A stretch of 64,000 nucleotides of DNA, from positions 682,001-746,000 of the forward strand of contig CAKKNE010000005.1 of assembly GCA_918797485.1 (NCBI GenBank), written 5' to 3'. The notes beneath the pieces were generated by a model. It saw only the letters and a program-made list of their open reading frames with translations, made no database searches and was not told the origin of the DNA. Both the position numbers and the translations under genes were made by a program. Origin of the DNA: Pelagomonas calceolata. Its lineage: Eukaryota. Positions 29,434-40,188 of the stretch are shown piece by piece (position 1 is the stretch's first letter; each line of letters starts with the position of its first letter).

Positions 29434-30240
29434 CTAGGTTATCTCCAACCCCCATTCCTCCCCGTCGCGTGGCGCCGACAACACGCTATCACTGCGCTCG
29501 CCACGCGTCTTGCGCCGCTTTGGAGCCGTCGCCCGCGCCGCACGGACCGCGTTACCTAAAATATCAAGTCCGAGGACGCAAGCCGGCTCCGACGCGACGC
29601 CGAGAGCCGCCCACTGCGGCAGATCGCCGACGAGCACCGTCTGCGACGGCCGCTGCACGGACCCGCCCACGAGTATGCCGGCCGCCCGACACCGCCGCAA
29701 CGCCGTCGCCGCGCCGCCGAGACCCGTTGTGGTTGTCCCCTGTTCATCCTCCGCGTCCTCGATGGCGAACAAACCCGCCGCAGTCGCGAGGGCCTCGTTC
29801 ACGATTGTGGCGGGCGAGCCGGTGTCGACGAGCGCATCCACTTCGCAGGCCAGCGCGCCGTAGAACTCGCACGTCGTCACGGGATACGGCGCCGTCGCCG
29901 TCCCCAGCGCTTTGGCCGTGAGCACGACCGACGACGCTGGTGAACCAGTCTCATCGAGCCTCAGTTCATTAAGCGTCAGCTCGAAGGACGAACCAGCGCC
30001 TAGCGCGTCGAAGCCCAGGATGCCGCCCGACGCCCCGGGAAACGCGAGACCCGCCGCCTCGCACGAATTCTCGGCTCCGACTGACCGCGCCCGCGCCGCA
30101 AGCGGGCCATCCTGGTCAAGGACCGCCTGCGCGAGATAGCTGCGCCCTGCGCCGCTGTCTATTAATACGTCGAGGCCCTGCTCGCGCACGTACGGTAGAC
30201 CGTTGTTGTAGGCGAGCGGGAGAATTATTGAGAGCAGCAT
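29434..30240 (-). CDS. Secreted two-lobed retropepsin-like aspartyl protease
   Basis: LIDSGA...GILGFD and LVDTGS...VLGLD; hydrophobic N-terminus. Confidence 0.75.
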   Translation of the reverse strand: MLLSIILPLAYNNGLPYVREQGLDVLIDSGAGRSYLAQAVLDQDGPLAARARSVGAENSCEAAGLAFPGASGGILGFDALGAGSSFELTLNELRLDETGSPASSVVLTAKALGTATAPYPVTTCEFYGALACEVDALVDTGSPATIVNEALATAAGLFAIEDAEDEQGTTTTGLGGAATALRRCRAAGILVGGSVQRPSQTVLVGDLPQWAALGVASEPACVLGLDILGNAVRAARATAPKRRKTRGERSDSVLSAPRDGEEWGLEIT

Positions 30241-30412
30241 GCTTCTGCTGCGCCGTCGATGGCGTGCTTTGCAGCAGTGTGCAGCTGTGCAAGGCTGTCT
30301 AGGCAGCAGTGGCAGCAGTGCCAAAATCGATGCGCACGTACGTTGTATTGAGAGTATCGATCTATCGGCGCTCTAGGCACTGTCGCGCCGCAGTTTCCCC
30401 TTGCTCATGCTA

Positions 30413-30434
30413 GCTAGCGTATCGACGCACTAGC
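30413..30434 (+). promoter_or_regulatory. Double-CTAG element, variant B
   Basis: gctagcgtatcgacgcactagc in a divergent gap. Confidence 0.55.
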
Positions 30435-30672
30435 TTTGCTCGAGCACGGCAAGTGCACGGCAGCCAGAGTTGCAGGCGCAGGAGCAGCTCAAAATCACGC
30501 TGCGGATCGCATCCGTGCAGCGCAATCACCGGGCGCCATACCTCGTGACCCGTGCGCCTCTGAAGCGGAGTGCCGTAGCAGAGTCAGTGCCGGCAGACGT
30601 TCGTCGAAGCGCATTGGTGCGAAAAAGTATCACCGCTCGTCGCGCGTGGCTCACAGACCCACATAAAGCGAC

Positions 30673-30891
30673 ATGGCATCCACCAGCACAAGCAGTACTT
30701 CGTCGACGCCAGATGACGCCGCGCTGCCCGACCCGCGCCGCCTCTTCCCGCCCATCGCGACGGCCGGCCTCGAGACGCTGCCCTCGACCCACGACGTCTC
30801 GGGCCTCGAAGCGCCGCCGCCGCCCGCCGCGCCCCTCCAGTCGCCCAAGAAGACGAAGAGGCCGCTGTTGTTGTTCTGTTCGTGTACCTAA
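30673..30891 (+). CDS. Small hypothetical protein (72 aa) with basic patch and C-terminal Cys
   Basis: Coding-like codons; ends KKTKRPLLLFCSCT; downstream of a CTAG element. Confidence 0.45.
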   Translation: MASTSTSSTSSTPDDAALPDPRRLFPPIATAGLETLPSTHDVSGLEAPPPPAAPLQSPKKTKRPLLLFCSCT

Positions 30892-30909
30892 GTCACACAC
30901 ATTGTATAC

Positions 30910-31944
30910 TTACGAAGGCGACCAGTCCGTCCGCTCCGCGACGCGCAAGCGGGCGGACCTAGCGCGAGGGTTCGCCGCCACCTCCTCATCCGAAGCCGTC
31001 TCCGCCTTGCGCGTGAGCGGTCTGAACGGCGTCAACCGATTGCCGTACGCGTCCCGCGCGGCGTCGCCCCGAAATTTCCCGTCCCGAAAAAACCGCTTCA
31101 CGCGCCGGTCTTCCAACGAGTGGTAGGCCAACACCACGACGCGCCCGCCCTCCGCCACGACAGAAGGTAAAAGCTCTAGAGCTCTATCCAGCGCTCCGAG
31201 TTCATCATTCACCTCAATTCTAAGAGCTTGAAAGACGCGCGCCACGGCCTTGGAGCGGCGCTTCGCATCCAGATGTGGGGGTGACGTCTTTGGTATTGAC
31301 TCAGACACAATGGACGCGAGGTCGCTTGTGGTCGTCAAAGAGGCACTTTTGACGGCCTTGGCAATCCTCGACGCGTGGGGCTCGTCGGCGTTCTGCCTCA
31401 GTAATCGTGCCAGGCCCTTGGCGTCCAGATCATTTATCAAATCCAGAGCGGTTTTCCCAGACGCGCCCATCCTCATATCAAGCGGTCCATCAAAACGAGT
31501 AGAAAAGCCCCGTTCGGCGTCGTCGATCTGGTGCGAAGAAACCCCCAAATCCATGAGCACGCCGGTGAACTTCCCGTGCTCCTGAAAAGCTCTCTGCAGC
31601 CCTTCATCGAAGACGCCCTCGATCGTCGAGAAGCGGGCATCTCGTATTCGTGCTGAGGCGGCTTGGATGGCGTCCCTATCTCGGTCCAACCCTATGACTT
31701 TCGCCTTTTCTCCGACTTTGTCCAGTAATAGTGACGAGTGGCCGCCGCCGCCCAGCGTGCAGTCGACAAACACGCCGTCGTCTCTCGCGAGCCAGTCGAT
31801 GCATTCATTTCCTAATACGGGCACGTGGTAGTCCGACGCGCCCGGCAAACTATAAAGGCGCGTCGGCTGGCGTCGCCGCGGCGCGAGCAGTGCGACGGCT
31901 CTGCGTGCCGTGCAGAAGAGCATCACTGCACCCCAGCGGCGCAT
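30910..31944 (-). CDS. rsmH: Organellar SSU rRNA m4C methyltransferase RsmH/MraW
   Basis: YHVPVL, DCTLGGGGHS, DLGVSSHQID, DGPLDMRM, FQALRIEVNDEL, YHSLEDRRVK, NPRARSARLR. Confidence 0.95.
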   Translation of the reverse strand: MRRWGAVMLFCTARRAVALLAPRRRQPTRLYSLPGASDYHVPVLGNECIDWLARDDGVFVDCTLGGGGHSSLLLDKVGEKAKVIGLDRDRDAIQAASARIRDARFSTIEGVFDEGLQRAFQEHGKFTGVLMDLGVSSHQIDDAERGFSTRFDGPLDMRMGASGKTALDLINDLDAKGLARLLRQNADEPHASRIAKAVKSASLTTTSDLASIVSESIPKTSPPHLDAKRRSKAVARVFQALRIEVNDELGALDRALELLPSVVAEGGRVVVLAYHSLEDRRVKRFFRDGKFRGDAARDAYGNRLTPFRPLTRKAETASDEEVAANPRARSARLRVAERTDWSPS

Positions 31945-32069
31945 CTGCAGGCGCCGTTACCACTGGCAGCGATCGACCAGCGATGCGAGGAGCAGCTGTA
32001 CTGAGCTTCTTTGCTGGAGAACGGTCGTAACAGCAACTGCAAGCGCTCTAAAGCTGAAGCGCGGCGCGA

Positions 32070-32093
32070 GCTAGCGGTGCGTAAGACACTAGG
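32070..32093 (+). promoter_or_regulatory. Double-CTAG element
   Basis: gctagcggtgcgtaagacactagg in a divergent gap. Confidence 0.65.
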
Positions 32094-32381
32094 AAGCAAA
32101 CACGCCATGCAGCCGTTTGGGTATCGTTCCGTTCGCTAATGGTCCAAAGAGATCAATGGGACACTTACTGGGGGCCGAAAAACTAAATTTTTTAATTCGC
32201 GGCCGAGGAGCCGCCACAGGCCATGGCGGCCGCGCCGGTGGAATCCTGTCAATCCGTGGTCCCGAGGTCTCCCTGGGGTCGGTTCGGGTCGGTTCTATAC
32301 ATGGTTAGTCGCCTACACCGCACGCGCCGCCGCTTCCAGCATATTTCGGCCAATTCTCTCAGCGCTGCGGCCCACAAAACC

Positions 32382-32882
32382 ATGAATTACTTGGCATGGG
32401 CGATGCACGGCTACCTACGGGACACGGACGAGTTGCCGGAGAGGGCGGTGTTGGTCTTCAAGGCTTCGAGGTACTTCATGACGGTGGACTGGCTCCTGCC
32501 GGTGCTGGACCTGGTCCCCAGCGAAGCGATCCGGATCAAGGCGGACGCCGGAATAGGGGAGGGCGAGAGCCGGAGAGGGATGATAGCGGACGGAGTCGAG
32601 GCCCAGACGCTCGAGGCGGTGGTCGACCAAGCCGTACTGGTGGCGGTCAAATTGGACGCCGACTTATCGATGTGGTTACGGGACTACGCGACGGCCGGGG
32701 CGGACGGAGGGTTCCCGGAGATTGCATATCTCCGGCACGTGACCCCCCATAGCCGGGCGCGGGTTCCGAGCGAGGAGACGTGGACCGAGCGCGGGCCGTC
32801 GGCTCCGGTTCCGTCGATTGTGGATGAAAACTGGGCTGGAGTTGATATAATGTCCCATTTGGACGATAGATGGCGGCGTTAA
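32382..32882 (+). CDS. Hypothetical protein
   Basis: ATG in aaaaccATG context; 166 aa; no recognised domain. Confidence 0.5.
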   Translation: MNYLAWAMHGYLRDTDELPERAVLVFKASRYFMTVDWLLPVLDLVPSEAIRIKADAGIGEGESRRGMIADGVEAQTLEAVVDQAVLVAVKLDADLSMWLRDYATAGADGGFPEIAYLRHVTPHSRARVPSEETWTERGPSAPVPSIVDENWAGVDIMSHLDDRWRR

Positions 32883-33064
32883 TCGCTGGCCTACTTTGGC
32901 AACCCGTAAGTCTCATCTGCGAATGTCGCCGGCGGTGCCTTCCGGGAGGCGCGAGGGTATGTTATCGGGCCGCTACTCTAAAATATTTGGCCTCGGCGAA
33001 CGACTAGGATGTATTCTGAATTTTGGTCATTCTTTTGACGCTATCCGGGCGTATCTTTGACATT

Positions 33065-33085
33065 GCTAGTATGTCGCTACGCTAG
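33065..33085 (-). promoter_or_regulatory. Double-CTAG element, variant B (in a convergent gap)
   Basis: gctagtatgtcgctacgctag. Confidence 0.4.
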
Positions 33086-33199
33086 GTGTTGCACGTGCTG
33101 GCCAGCGGCTCCTCGGAGCCTCCTGGAGCCACTAGAGACGGCGCAGCGATGGCGTGGAGCCCGACGCCATCGACGTGACCTAGAAGATTACTATGAACG

Positions 33200-34168
33200 T
33201 TACGCGGCCAGGTTCGCCGCCGTCCGCCGTTGTGTTTCAGCGATGTCCTCCGCGATGTGTAATTCGCGCTCGATGGCCCGCGCCGAGATCGTCCTCCTTC
33301 TGAGAGTTGCGTGGTGCTCGCGCTCCAGCCGTTCGAGTCGGTTCTTTTTACGTGTGGGATTCGCCCAATAAGTCACGCCCGCGAGGTCGCCCTGCAGACT
33401 TTTCAGTCGCAGGAATTCTTTATCAGATAATCCCTGAGAGCGTTTCTGCTCTTTGAGGGCAGCGACCTGCTCCTCGATGTCCTGCTTCACTTGGAGTCTT
33501 TCATGAGCCGGCATCGACTTTAGGGTCCGAAAGCCCAGCGACCGAAACCGCGGGTTCCCGATGCCCGTCGGATACCAGCACTCGTCCTTGCCCGCCATGT
33601 CATCAACGAAGGGAGGCGGAGGACCACTCACTTTAGCTAGAGCGTCCCTAATATGATTCAAGGGTGGAGGCGCCCCGGCTTGAATACGAGTCCAAGCACA
33701 GCCGCCCGGCGGCATCAACGACACGTTGAATAATGAGTCGTGCGTCGCGGGTCTCATCTCTGAAATCCGCTTCTGGATCGCCTCCTTACGTCTTAGTTCT
33801 CGTTTTTGTTCGTTCTCGGCCCTTTTTGTTTGAGAAAAGGCCCGCTTGACGGCCGTCATGCTCGCGAGAATGTCCTCGAGCTCGCCGCCTCTCATAAAAC
33901 CTAATGACACGGGCCTCCTCCCTTCCAGGCGCTGCACGACGTCTTGATACGAACCAGCATCGCCGTCGTCGACGGTCGTGACGGCGTCGCCACTAATGAC
34001 GCCCGCTACGCTAGCGGCGCCGTTCGGCACCACGCTCACGACGACCGCTCTATTATCACTCTTTCTCCGCGCCAACGAGAGACCAATAGCGCCGCCGTCA
34101 AAGACGACGCGTTGCGGTGCGTGTGTGGGCGCGGGAATGGGGTCGGGCTTCGACGAGCGGCGGCCCAT
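33200..34168 (-). CDS. PDZ-domain coiled-coil protein
   Basis: IGLSL...VVPNGAASVAGVISGDAVTTVD...RPVSLGF; MGRRSS N-terminus. Confidence 0.75.
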   Translation of the reverse strand: MGRRSSKPDPIPAPTHAPQRVVFDGGAIGLSLARRKSDNRAVVVSVVPNGAASVAGVISGDAVTTVDDGDAGSYQDVVQRLEGRRPVSLGFMRGGELEDILASMTAVKRAFSQTKRAENEQKRELRRKEAIQKRISEMRPATHDSLFNVSLMPPGGCAWTRIQAGAPPPLNHIRDALAKVSGPPPPFVDDMAGKDECWYPTGIGNPRFRSLGFRTLKSMPAHERLQVKQDIEEQVAALKEQKRSQGLSDKEFLRLKSLQGDLAGVTYWANPTRKKNRLERLEREHHATLRRRTISARAIERELHIAEDIAETQRRTAANLAA

Positions 34169-34354
34169 TGTTGCTGCCTTGTCTGCTGCTGCCCGACGCG
34201 TTTCGCGGCCGGCTATTCCCAGCGTTTTGGGGCTGCCCTCTCACGGCGCTGCAGCCGGAGACGCTTTTCAAGGCAGCACGGCTCCCCACGAGGGGGGAGC
34301 GATAGGTCGCCGTCGGGACGGATCGTGGAGCATCCGCACGCGTCTTCAAGAATT

Positions 34355-34377
34355 GCTAGTGACTTACAGGCCGCTAG
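34355..34377 (-). promoter_or_regulatory. Double-CTAG element
   Basis: gctagtgacttacaggccgctag in a divergent gap. Confidence 0.65.
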
Positions 34378-34460
34378 GCTGGTTTTGTGGCAGCCCAAAA
34401 AGACTAGCTATGCGTCCAAGCAACGCATTAATCTGAGACTTCAGTGCAACCAACTCACAC

Positions 34461-35540
34461 ATGATGAATATTCAAGCACTCATCGCTAGCTGGCTGCTGC
34501 ACCAGACCACAGCATTTCTAAGGCCACCACTGCCCTCTGCAGCTGTACGCAGAGCGTTATTGGGCGAAGGCGTCATCGGCGAAGGCGTCCTCGACGCCGC
34601 CGCAGCGCCGCAACGAATCGGTGAAGGCATCATCGACGCGGCGCCGATCGTCGAGGCGCCACGACTCATCGGCGAGGGCGTCGTCCTCGACGCCGTGCCC
34701 GACGCATCGCCGATCAACGCCGGCAGCCTCTTACTTCTCGCGGCCGTCGCCGTCGCGGGGGTCGCCGCCTTCGTGTCGCAGAACTTCGAGCCGAACCCAG
34801 ACATGCAACGCGTCGAGCCGAGCCCGAGCGCGTACGACGCGCCGCAGCCGGAGATAATCTTCGCCGACAGGACGGCACCGCAGCCGGAGGCCCTCTTCGC
34901 CGACCGGACGTATTACGTGGTAAGGTGGCGGTCGCGCCGCGACACGGTCTACGAGGGTTTGAATTCGGTCGCGGAGTCCGCCAAGGCCGGCACGGACGTT
35001 TCAGTAAGATGCATCTCACTCATGGAGGCGAACGCGTTGACGCGGCGCCTGGTCAAGGCCGATCCGGGCGTCGCGGCCCAAACCTTCAAGATCACGGGGT
35101 CGACGGTGACGGCGCTGGCCCCGGGCGGCGGGAGCTCCACAGGTAGCGCCGAGGACGAAGCCTGGGTCGGCGATTTTACAGATATCGTCACGGGCGCGAC
35201 CCCGGCACCGGTCGGCGGCACGGTGCCGGTCCCCGGCTCGGCGCCGGTCAGCACCGACGACGACCGGCAAGCGATCTGGGACGACCTGGCCCAGGACGAG
35301 GCCGAGCGCGAGGCAGCTGAGGCGCGGACGGACGTCGACGAGCAGTGGTCGAAGTACCTCGAGTCGCTGAGGGTCACGAAGGGCGAGATCGATTCTGTAG
35401 TCATCGGCGGCGTCGACGGCCCGGCGCCGTGTCGTCTGTGCAACGGCAAGGGCTACCGCGTCCTGTTCGGCGGCAGGGGCGCGAAGGAGGCGCCGTGCGA
35501 GTGGTGCGGCGGGCGCGGGTACGAGGAGGAGGACTCTTGA
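34461..35540 (+). CDS. Plastid-targeted membrane protein with DnaJ-type zinc finger
   Basis: Signal + TAFLRP; one TM; CRLCNGKG...CEWCGGRG. Confidence 0.75.
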   Translation: MMNIQALIASWLLHQTTAFLRPPLPSAAVRRALLGEGVIGEGVLDAAAAPQRIGEGIIDAAPIVEAPRLIGEGVVLDAVPDASPINAGSLLLLAAVAVAGVAAFVSQNFEPNPDMQRVEPSPSAYDAPQPEIIFADRTAPQPEALFADRTYYVVRWRSRRDTVYEGLNSVAESAKAGTDVSVRCISLMEANALTRRLVKADPGVAAQTFKITGSTVTALAPGGGSSTGSAEDEAWVGDFTDIVTGATPAPVGGTVPVPGSAPVSTDDDRQAIWDDLAQDEAEREAAEARTDVDEQWSKYLESLRVTKGEIDSVVIGGVDGPAPCRLCNGKGYRVLFGGRGAKEAPCEWCGGRGYEEEDS

Positions 35541-35653
35541 AGTGTAATTTTGTGTGCGTTTGTTTCCGATGCCCACCATCACAGGGGACCTGTGGACCAA
35601 TATTAGTCGCATGTAGCTCGCGCTACGGGCGTAGACGCGCTTTGATCATCGAG

Positions 35654-35676
35654 GCTAGTGTCTTACATGCCGCTAG
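35654..35676 (-). promoter_or_regulatory. Double-CTAG element
   Basis: gctagtgtcttacatgccgctag in a tandem gap. Confidence 0.65.
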
Positions 35677-35867
35677 TTACGCGACGCGCGCGCGCCTCAG
35701 TCGTGGATTGCCAGCGAGCGACGTCTGTGCGCGATTTCACCACCTCAGCGACGACCGCTGCGACCCGGCGCAACGACGTTTAGAACGGCTGCGCCGCCGG
35801 ACAGGCCACCAGCTGCCATCCAGGCAAAAGGCTATCAGCCAAGCGAGCCGCGGCCGCGGGCGCAGAA

Positions 35868-36809
35868 ATGAGCAAACAAGTGGAAAAGGCCGACAAAGCA
35901 GCGGTCAAAGCCGCTATCCAAAAAATGAGCAAGCAGGTCGAGCAGCAAGACGCGGCCGCGGCCGCGGCACCGGCGCCAGCCGCCTCTCAAGGACCGCAGC
36001 TCCCGCCCTTCGCCGTCAGCTACGACCCCAAGGACGTCGCCGAACTCGCGTCACGATTATCCCTGGAAGAGTACCCCGTAGTCCAACTCGAAACGGGCGA
36101 ATTAAGACTCGCACCTCAATTCCATTTGATAGGACGCTGCGGCAAGGGCTTCATCTCCTGCCAGTGCGAGACGGAGCCGCGCGGGGCGGATTATGTGTAT
36201 ACGAACCTACCGGACCCGATCAACACATCCATGGACGCCCTCGTCAGAAGGTGGTGCTGCCTGGTCAAAAACTCACCAGCCATGGGCGGCTTTGCCGCTG
36301 ACCAGTGGTATAATGCGCATGGTAGTCGAACTTTACAGGCTATTGAGAGGAAGCAGGCAACACTAATAACGTGCGTTGATGGATTTGTGGACAACTTGCT
36401 CGAGGATCCCAACTTAGCTACTTTAGCTCGATTGGCGGGCCTGCCGGACGGCGTGCAGACTCAGCATGCTATCTCAGTGATTAGTAGAGAAGCGAAGCAG
36501 GCTCGCAGTGCCTTCTTAGCTGGAGACTGGGCGCTCGTTACGAGGCTGGGGGGCACGCTGCTGCACATCTCCATCCAGACGTCGGATCCCGCGGACGTGC
36601 CTTCTGATGATGAGGATATTCAGAGGTTGTTCGCCGCCGTGGACATCCTCCAGAGCGTGTTGAGTTCGGGCTATTCCAAAAATTGTTGGCGCCTCGCGCC
36701 GGAGAGCTCGCGCGCGGGCTACGGCTTCGCGTGTGCGACCAAGCGGTTGCCGGAGAAGCCGGACTGCCCCATCGGGGAGAAGCCCGAGGGCTATGACGAT
36801 GTGGATTAA
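35868..36809 (+). CDS. Hypothetical protein
   Basis: 313-aa ORF; MSKQVE occurs twice at the N-terminus. Confidence 0.65.
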   Translation: MSKQVEKADKAAVKAAIQKMSKQVEQQDAAAAAAPAPAASQGPQLPPFAVSYDPKDVAELASRLSLEEYPVVQLETGELRLAPQFHLIGRCGKGFISCQCETEPRGADYVYTNLPDPINTSMDALVRRWCCLVKNSPAMGGFAADQWYNAHGSRTLQAIERKQATLITCVDGFVDNLLEDPNLATLARLAGLPDGVQTQHAISVISREAKQARSAFLAGDWALVTRLGGTLLHISIQTSDPADVPSDDEDIQRLFAAVDILQSVLSSGYSKNCWRLAPESSRAGYGFACATKRLPEKPDCPIGEKPEGYDDVD

Positions 36810-36868
36810 GTTTGTGTGATTTACTTAAGCCTGGAGGAATTCTGCTCTCCTAGTGTGGCGCCCCTCTA

Positions 36869-38491
36869 CTACATTTGAGAACATCCGTCCGGCACGAACT
36901 CCGGCGGGACGCGCTCCCGGGGCGTCTCTGGGGGCTTGTCGAGCTCGTAGGGGTAGACGTAGGCGTCGGCGCCGTCCGGCGGCGCGGCCTCGGGCGCCGC
37001 GCTGCCGCCGTCGGTCGCCGCACCGGGATCGCCGTCGAGCGCCTTCGCAACACTAACAGCCTGCGCCTCGGACAGGCGCGCGGGAAACTCGACGTCGAAG
37101 CTCACGACGAGGCGGCCCCGCAGGTAGCCCTCGTGCGCGGGCAACCCTAAGCCCTCGGACGCGTAGAAGCGCCCCGGCGCCACAACGGTTCCCGGAGAGG
37201 TCCGGATGCGGACTGATGCGTCGAGGGTCGGCGCCGCCACCTGTGTGAAAATCCAAATTTTATGGCGCGTTCGTGCTGAATCGTCGCGTCGACCTCCACG
37301 CCATCGACGCGGCGCTTGCTCGATGGCGTGGCGATGCCGATTCCTCGCCGCTCGACGGGGCCAGCACGGCCGCGTCATCGCCGAGAAATGACTTAGTGAA
37401 GACCCGACACACTGATTGATTTCCACACAGGCCGCCACGTCGACCGTGCCTCCGAGCGCGTCCCGCAACGACACTTTCAGCGGCGTCTTCAAAATAAGGT
37501 CGGCGCCTCTTCTATAAAATTGGTCGTCGTCCTCGACCCGAATGATAGCTACCAAATCTCCTCTCGTCCCACACACTCCAATATCGCCTTCATCCTCAAC
37601 AGTGATGCGCGCACCGTCCTCGGCACCCTTCGGAATTTCTATAGAACATGATCCCGCCTCGACCCGGAAGCCGGCGCCGCAGCACTCGCGGCACTCCGGC
37701 GCCCGCACGCCGCACCCGTCGCACGCGCCGCAGGGCAGCCGTTCCAGCCGGAACCCGTCCGTCGGCATCACCAATACACCTGACCCGTCGCACGCGAGGC
37801 ACGGCTCCGCTCTGTCGAGACGCGCACCAGTACCTCCACAACAAGCGCAGCCGACCCGTCTCCGAAACTTGAGAGCAGCAGCACCCCCGCACGCGATATC
37901 CGCCAACGTCGCGGAGCAGACGACGACTTTCGGTTGGGGCTTCACCACATCGTACTCCTTCGTCTGCAGCACCTCCTCAATTTTTTTAAGTCCTCGGTCG
38001 CCCTTCGCGTCGTAGACCGCCCGCTTCTGCGGATCGCTCAACACGTCGTGGGCGTCCTTGACCTTCTGGAACGCTTCTGCATCCCCTCCTTTATCGGGGT
38101 GGTGCCGGAGGCACTGCTTCCGGTACGCCTTCTTGATGTCCGTGTCTGAGGCGTCCCTTGACACGCCGAGCGTGTCGTACAATTGGCGAGGCGATGGTGG
38201 TGGCGGCGGCGGCTTGGACTCGGCGTACGCGCGCTTGGCCGCGGCGCGCTCGGCCTCCAACCTCGAAATCTCTTCTCGTAATCGCGCGGACTCCGACTGC
38301 AGCTCGGCCTCGCGCGCCTCCCTCAAAATATCGTCGCAGCTTTTTCGCCGCTGCGCCCGCCGCGCGTCGTTGATGAGCTCGCTCAGGGGCGAGCGCATGT
38401 AGCGTTCGGTGGGCGACTGGTGTTTGCGGGGCGGGCTGCGCGCGCCGCTCAGGAGGTCGTCGATCGTGTCGCGGCCGTAGTAGTGGGCCAT
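36869..38491 (-). CDS. Type I DnaJ/Hsp40, join(38491..37439,37240..36869)
   Basis: J domain with HHPDKGGD; four CxxCxGxG repeats; GDLV, RRGADL, GLGLP, FDVEFP. Confidence 0.9.
   Translation of the reverse strand: MAHYYGRDTIDDLLSGARSPPRKHQSPTERYMRSPLSELINDARRAQRRKSCDDILREAREAELQSESARLREEISRLEAERAAAKRAYAESKPPPPPPSPRQLYDTLGVSRDASDTDIKKAYRKQCLRHHPDKGGDAEAFQKVKDAHDVLSDPQKRAVYDAKGDRGLKKIEEVLQTKEYDVVKPQPKVVVCSATLADIACGGAAALKFRRRVGCACCGGTGARLDRAEPCLACDGSGVLVMPTDGFRLERLPCGACDGCGVRAPECRECCGAGFRVEAGSCSIEIPKGAEDGARITVEDEGDIGVCGTRGDLVAIIRVEDDDQFYRRGADLILKTPLKVSLRDALGGTVDVAACVEINQCVGSSLSHFSAMTRPCWPRRAARNRHRHAIEQAPRRWRGGRRDDSARTRHKIWIFTQVAAPTLDASVRIRTSPGTVVAPGRFYASEGLGLPAHEGYLRGRLVVSFDVEFPARLSEAQAVSVAKALDGDPGAATDGGSAAPEAAPPDGADAYVYPYELDKPPETPRERVPPEFVPDGCSQM
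37241..37438 (-). mobile_element. Introner intron (198 nt, GT-AG, stop-free in frame)
   Basis: Perfect TSD gccgccac (37233-40, 37431-38); TIRs ctgtgtgaaaatc / gatttccacacag; close copy of the 25581 element. Confidence 0.92.
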
Positions 38492-38950
38492 GCTCGTATG
38501 TTGTGCGCCGCACGTGCGTCACTGCGACGGCGTAGCGGCTGCCTCGATCCGGCTGGGCCTCTTGCGACGGCGCTTAGCGTGGGGGGGGGCAGCAACCAAA
38601 CGATTTGTTGCTGTACCCGCCCGACAGAAGGCACTTGTCATTGCGGCTTTTAGAGACGTACGGGAGGCCTCGTAGGCGTCGATGAGTCTCAACTTGGAAG
38701 CTAGTATGTTGCACGCTATCAACTGTCAGCGTTGCGTCGGTGGTTCGGAGCCGCTCAGTGCGACTCACATCGTTCTAACAGACATTAGTAACGGCGGAGA
38801 GTGGCGCAGAGCGCTTCGGTACGGCGTCAGTGAATTGCTGCGACGTTCCAGCGCTTGTGCGTGACGTTTGCGGCTTCAGCACGTTAAGCAACTGTTTCAG
38901 ACTACGTCGCAGCTGTTCGGACTGAGCGCAGCAGGCACCCAAGATTACAA

Positions 38951-40137
38951 ATGGCGCCGCGCGACATCACAAACTGCGTGCGACCGGCACCGACGAAACA
39001 AATCACGCCGACGGCCCCGCGCCGCGCCGTCACGAAGGCGCCGGCGGACGACTGCGCACTGACGGCGATTGTCACGCCGGACGGCCGCACGAGCGCGTGG
39101 CGCGGCGACCCCGCCACCCACCTGCCCGAAGAGGTCTTTCATTTGGTACTGGCGCTGGCCGGCGGGCGCGCGTGCGTCGGCGCCGCATCAGTCCGACGGG
39201 CGTGGCGCCTCGCCACAGCAACAACGCTAGATATATTACCGCCCTTCGCTTCATCTACAAACTCGTCGCTCCGCCTCACCTGGGCCGGCCACCGGCGTCA
39301 CCGCCACCTGGTCGAGGCGAGGGACGGCGCGCACGGGACGTACGCGGCGGCGCCGGCCACGCGGAAACGCCGCGACGTCGACCTCGCCAAAGAGCTGCGA
39401 CGGACGGGGTCGGGTTGGGGCTGCCTCGGTGCAAGCTTCGGCGGCGCGCGCGCGCTCGACGATTGTATTATAGTCATGGACCTCGCGGGCCGGGAATTTG
39501 AAAAAAGGAAAGCGTGGCACGCGCGGGACCTGCCGTCGCTGTCCAAGCAAGGCGCGGGCTTCCTCGAGTTCGACTGCGGCTGGTCGCTGCGCGACGATTT
39601 CGATGAAGAGGCCCGGGCGAGGTGTCGGGACCTCTCGGCGCGCGGCGACGACGCGACGGCCCGAGTCGTGTTCTTCGAGAGTGTCGAGGCGTTGAGCATC
39701 GACCTCGTGGCGTACTCATTGAGTGAGGACGTTGTGATAGATTTGTGCCACTGGAACCCGGACTCGCGCGTCGACGAGATCCACACGATCGGGAGGTCGC
39801 TGGTCATCGTCGCGGAGAGCGACGGGCTCTCTAGAGACCCCGTGAACGCCCTGGGATCGCATGTATTGGTCCCGGCGTCCCTTTGGGTTATTTTCTGTCG
39901 CGTCGATGGCGTCGTACGCTCACCAATCAATACGCGCAGGTATACATGGGCGCCCAGATCCAGGCGTCCCTGGCTACTGGCGAGGGCATCGTGTCGCTCC
40001 AGGTCAATTTCTGCGACAGCGAGGGCCTGGAACTTAGAGGGGTGCACGAAAAGCACGGGGCCGTGACGGTCACGGATTGCTTGGGGGCAGCGCTCGACGC
40101 CGTCGAAGCTAAACGGCGGCTCGCGCGGAGTCTCTAG
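38951..40137 (+). CDS. F-box-like protein, join(38951..39862,39940..40137)
   Basis: LPEEVFHLVL...ASVRRAWR; 77-nt GT-AG intron joins phase-0 exons. Confidence 0.65.
39863..39939 (+). other. Intron (77 nt) with introner core motif
   Basis: cat|gtattg ... cgcgcag|gtat; contains gtcgcgtcgatggcgtcg. Confidence 0.65.
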
Positions 40138-40188
40138 TGCACATACATAAGATAGATGTACAGGCATAAGTTATACTTGGGGTACAGT

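Noticed and set aside
29434..30240. Aspartyl protease as a retrotransposon remnant
   Set aside because: Two-lobed with a signal-like N-terminus; no gag, RT, integrase or LTRs nearby
32070..33085. Inverted CTAG elements as TIRs of a transposon carrying the 32382 ORF
   Set aside because: The two copies are different variants, there is no TSD, and the ORF has no transposase motifs
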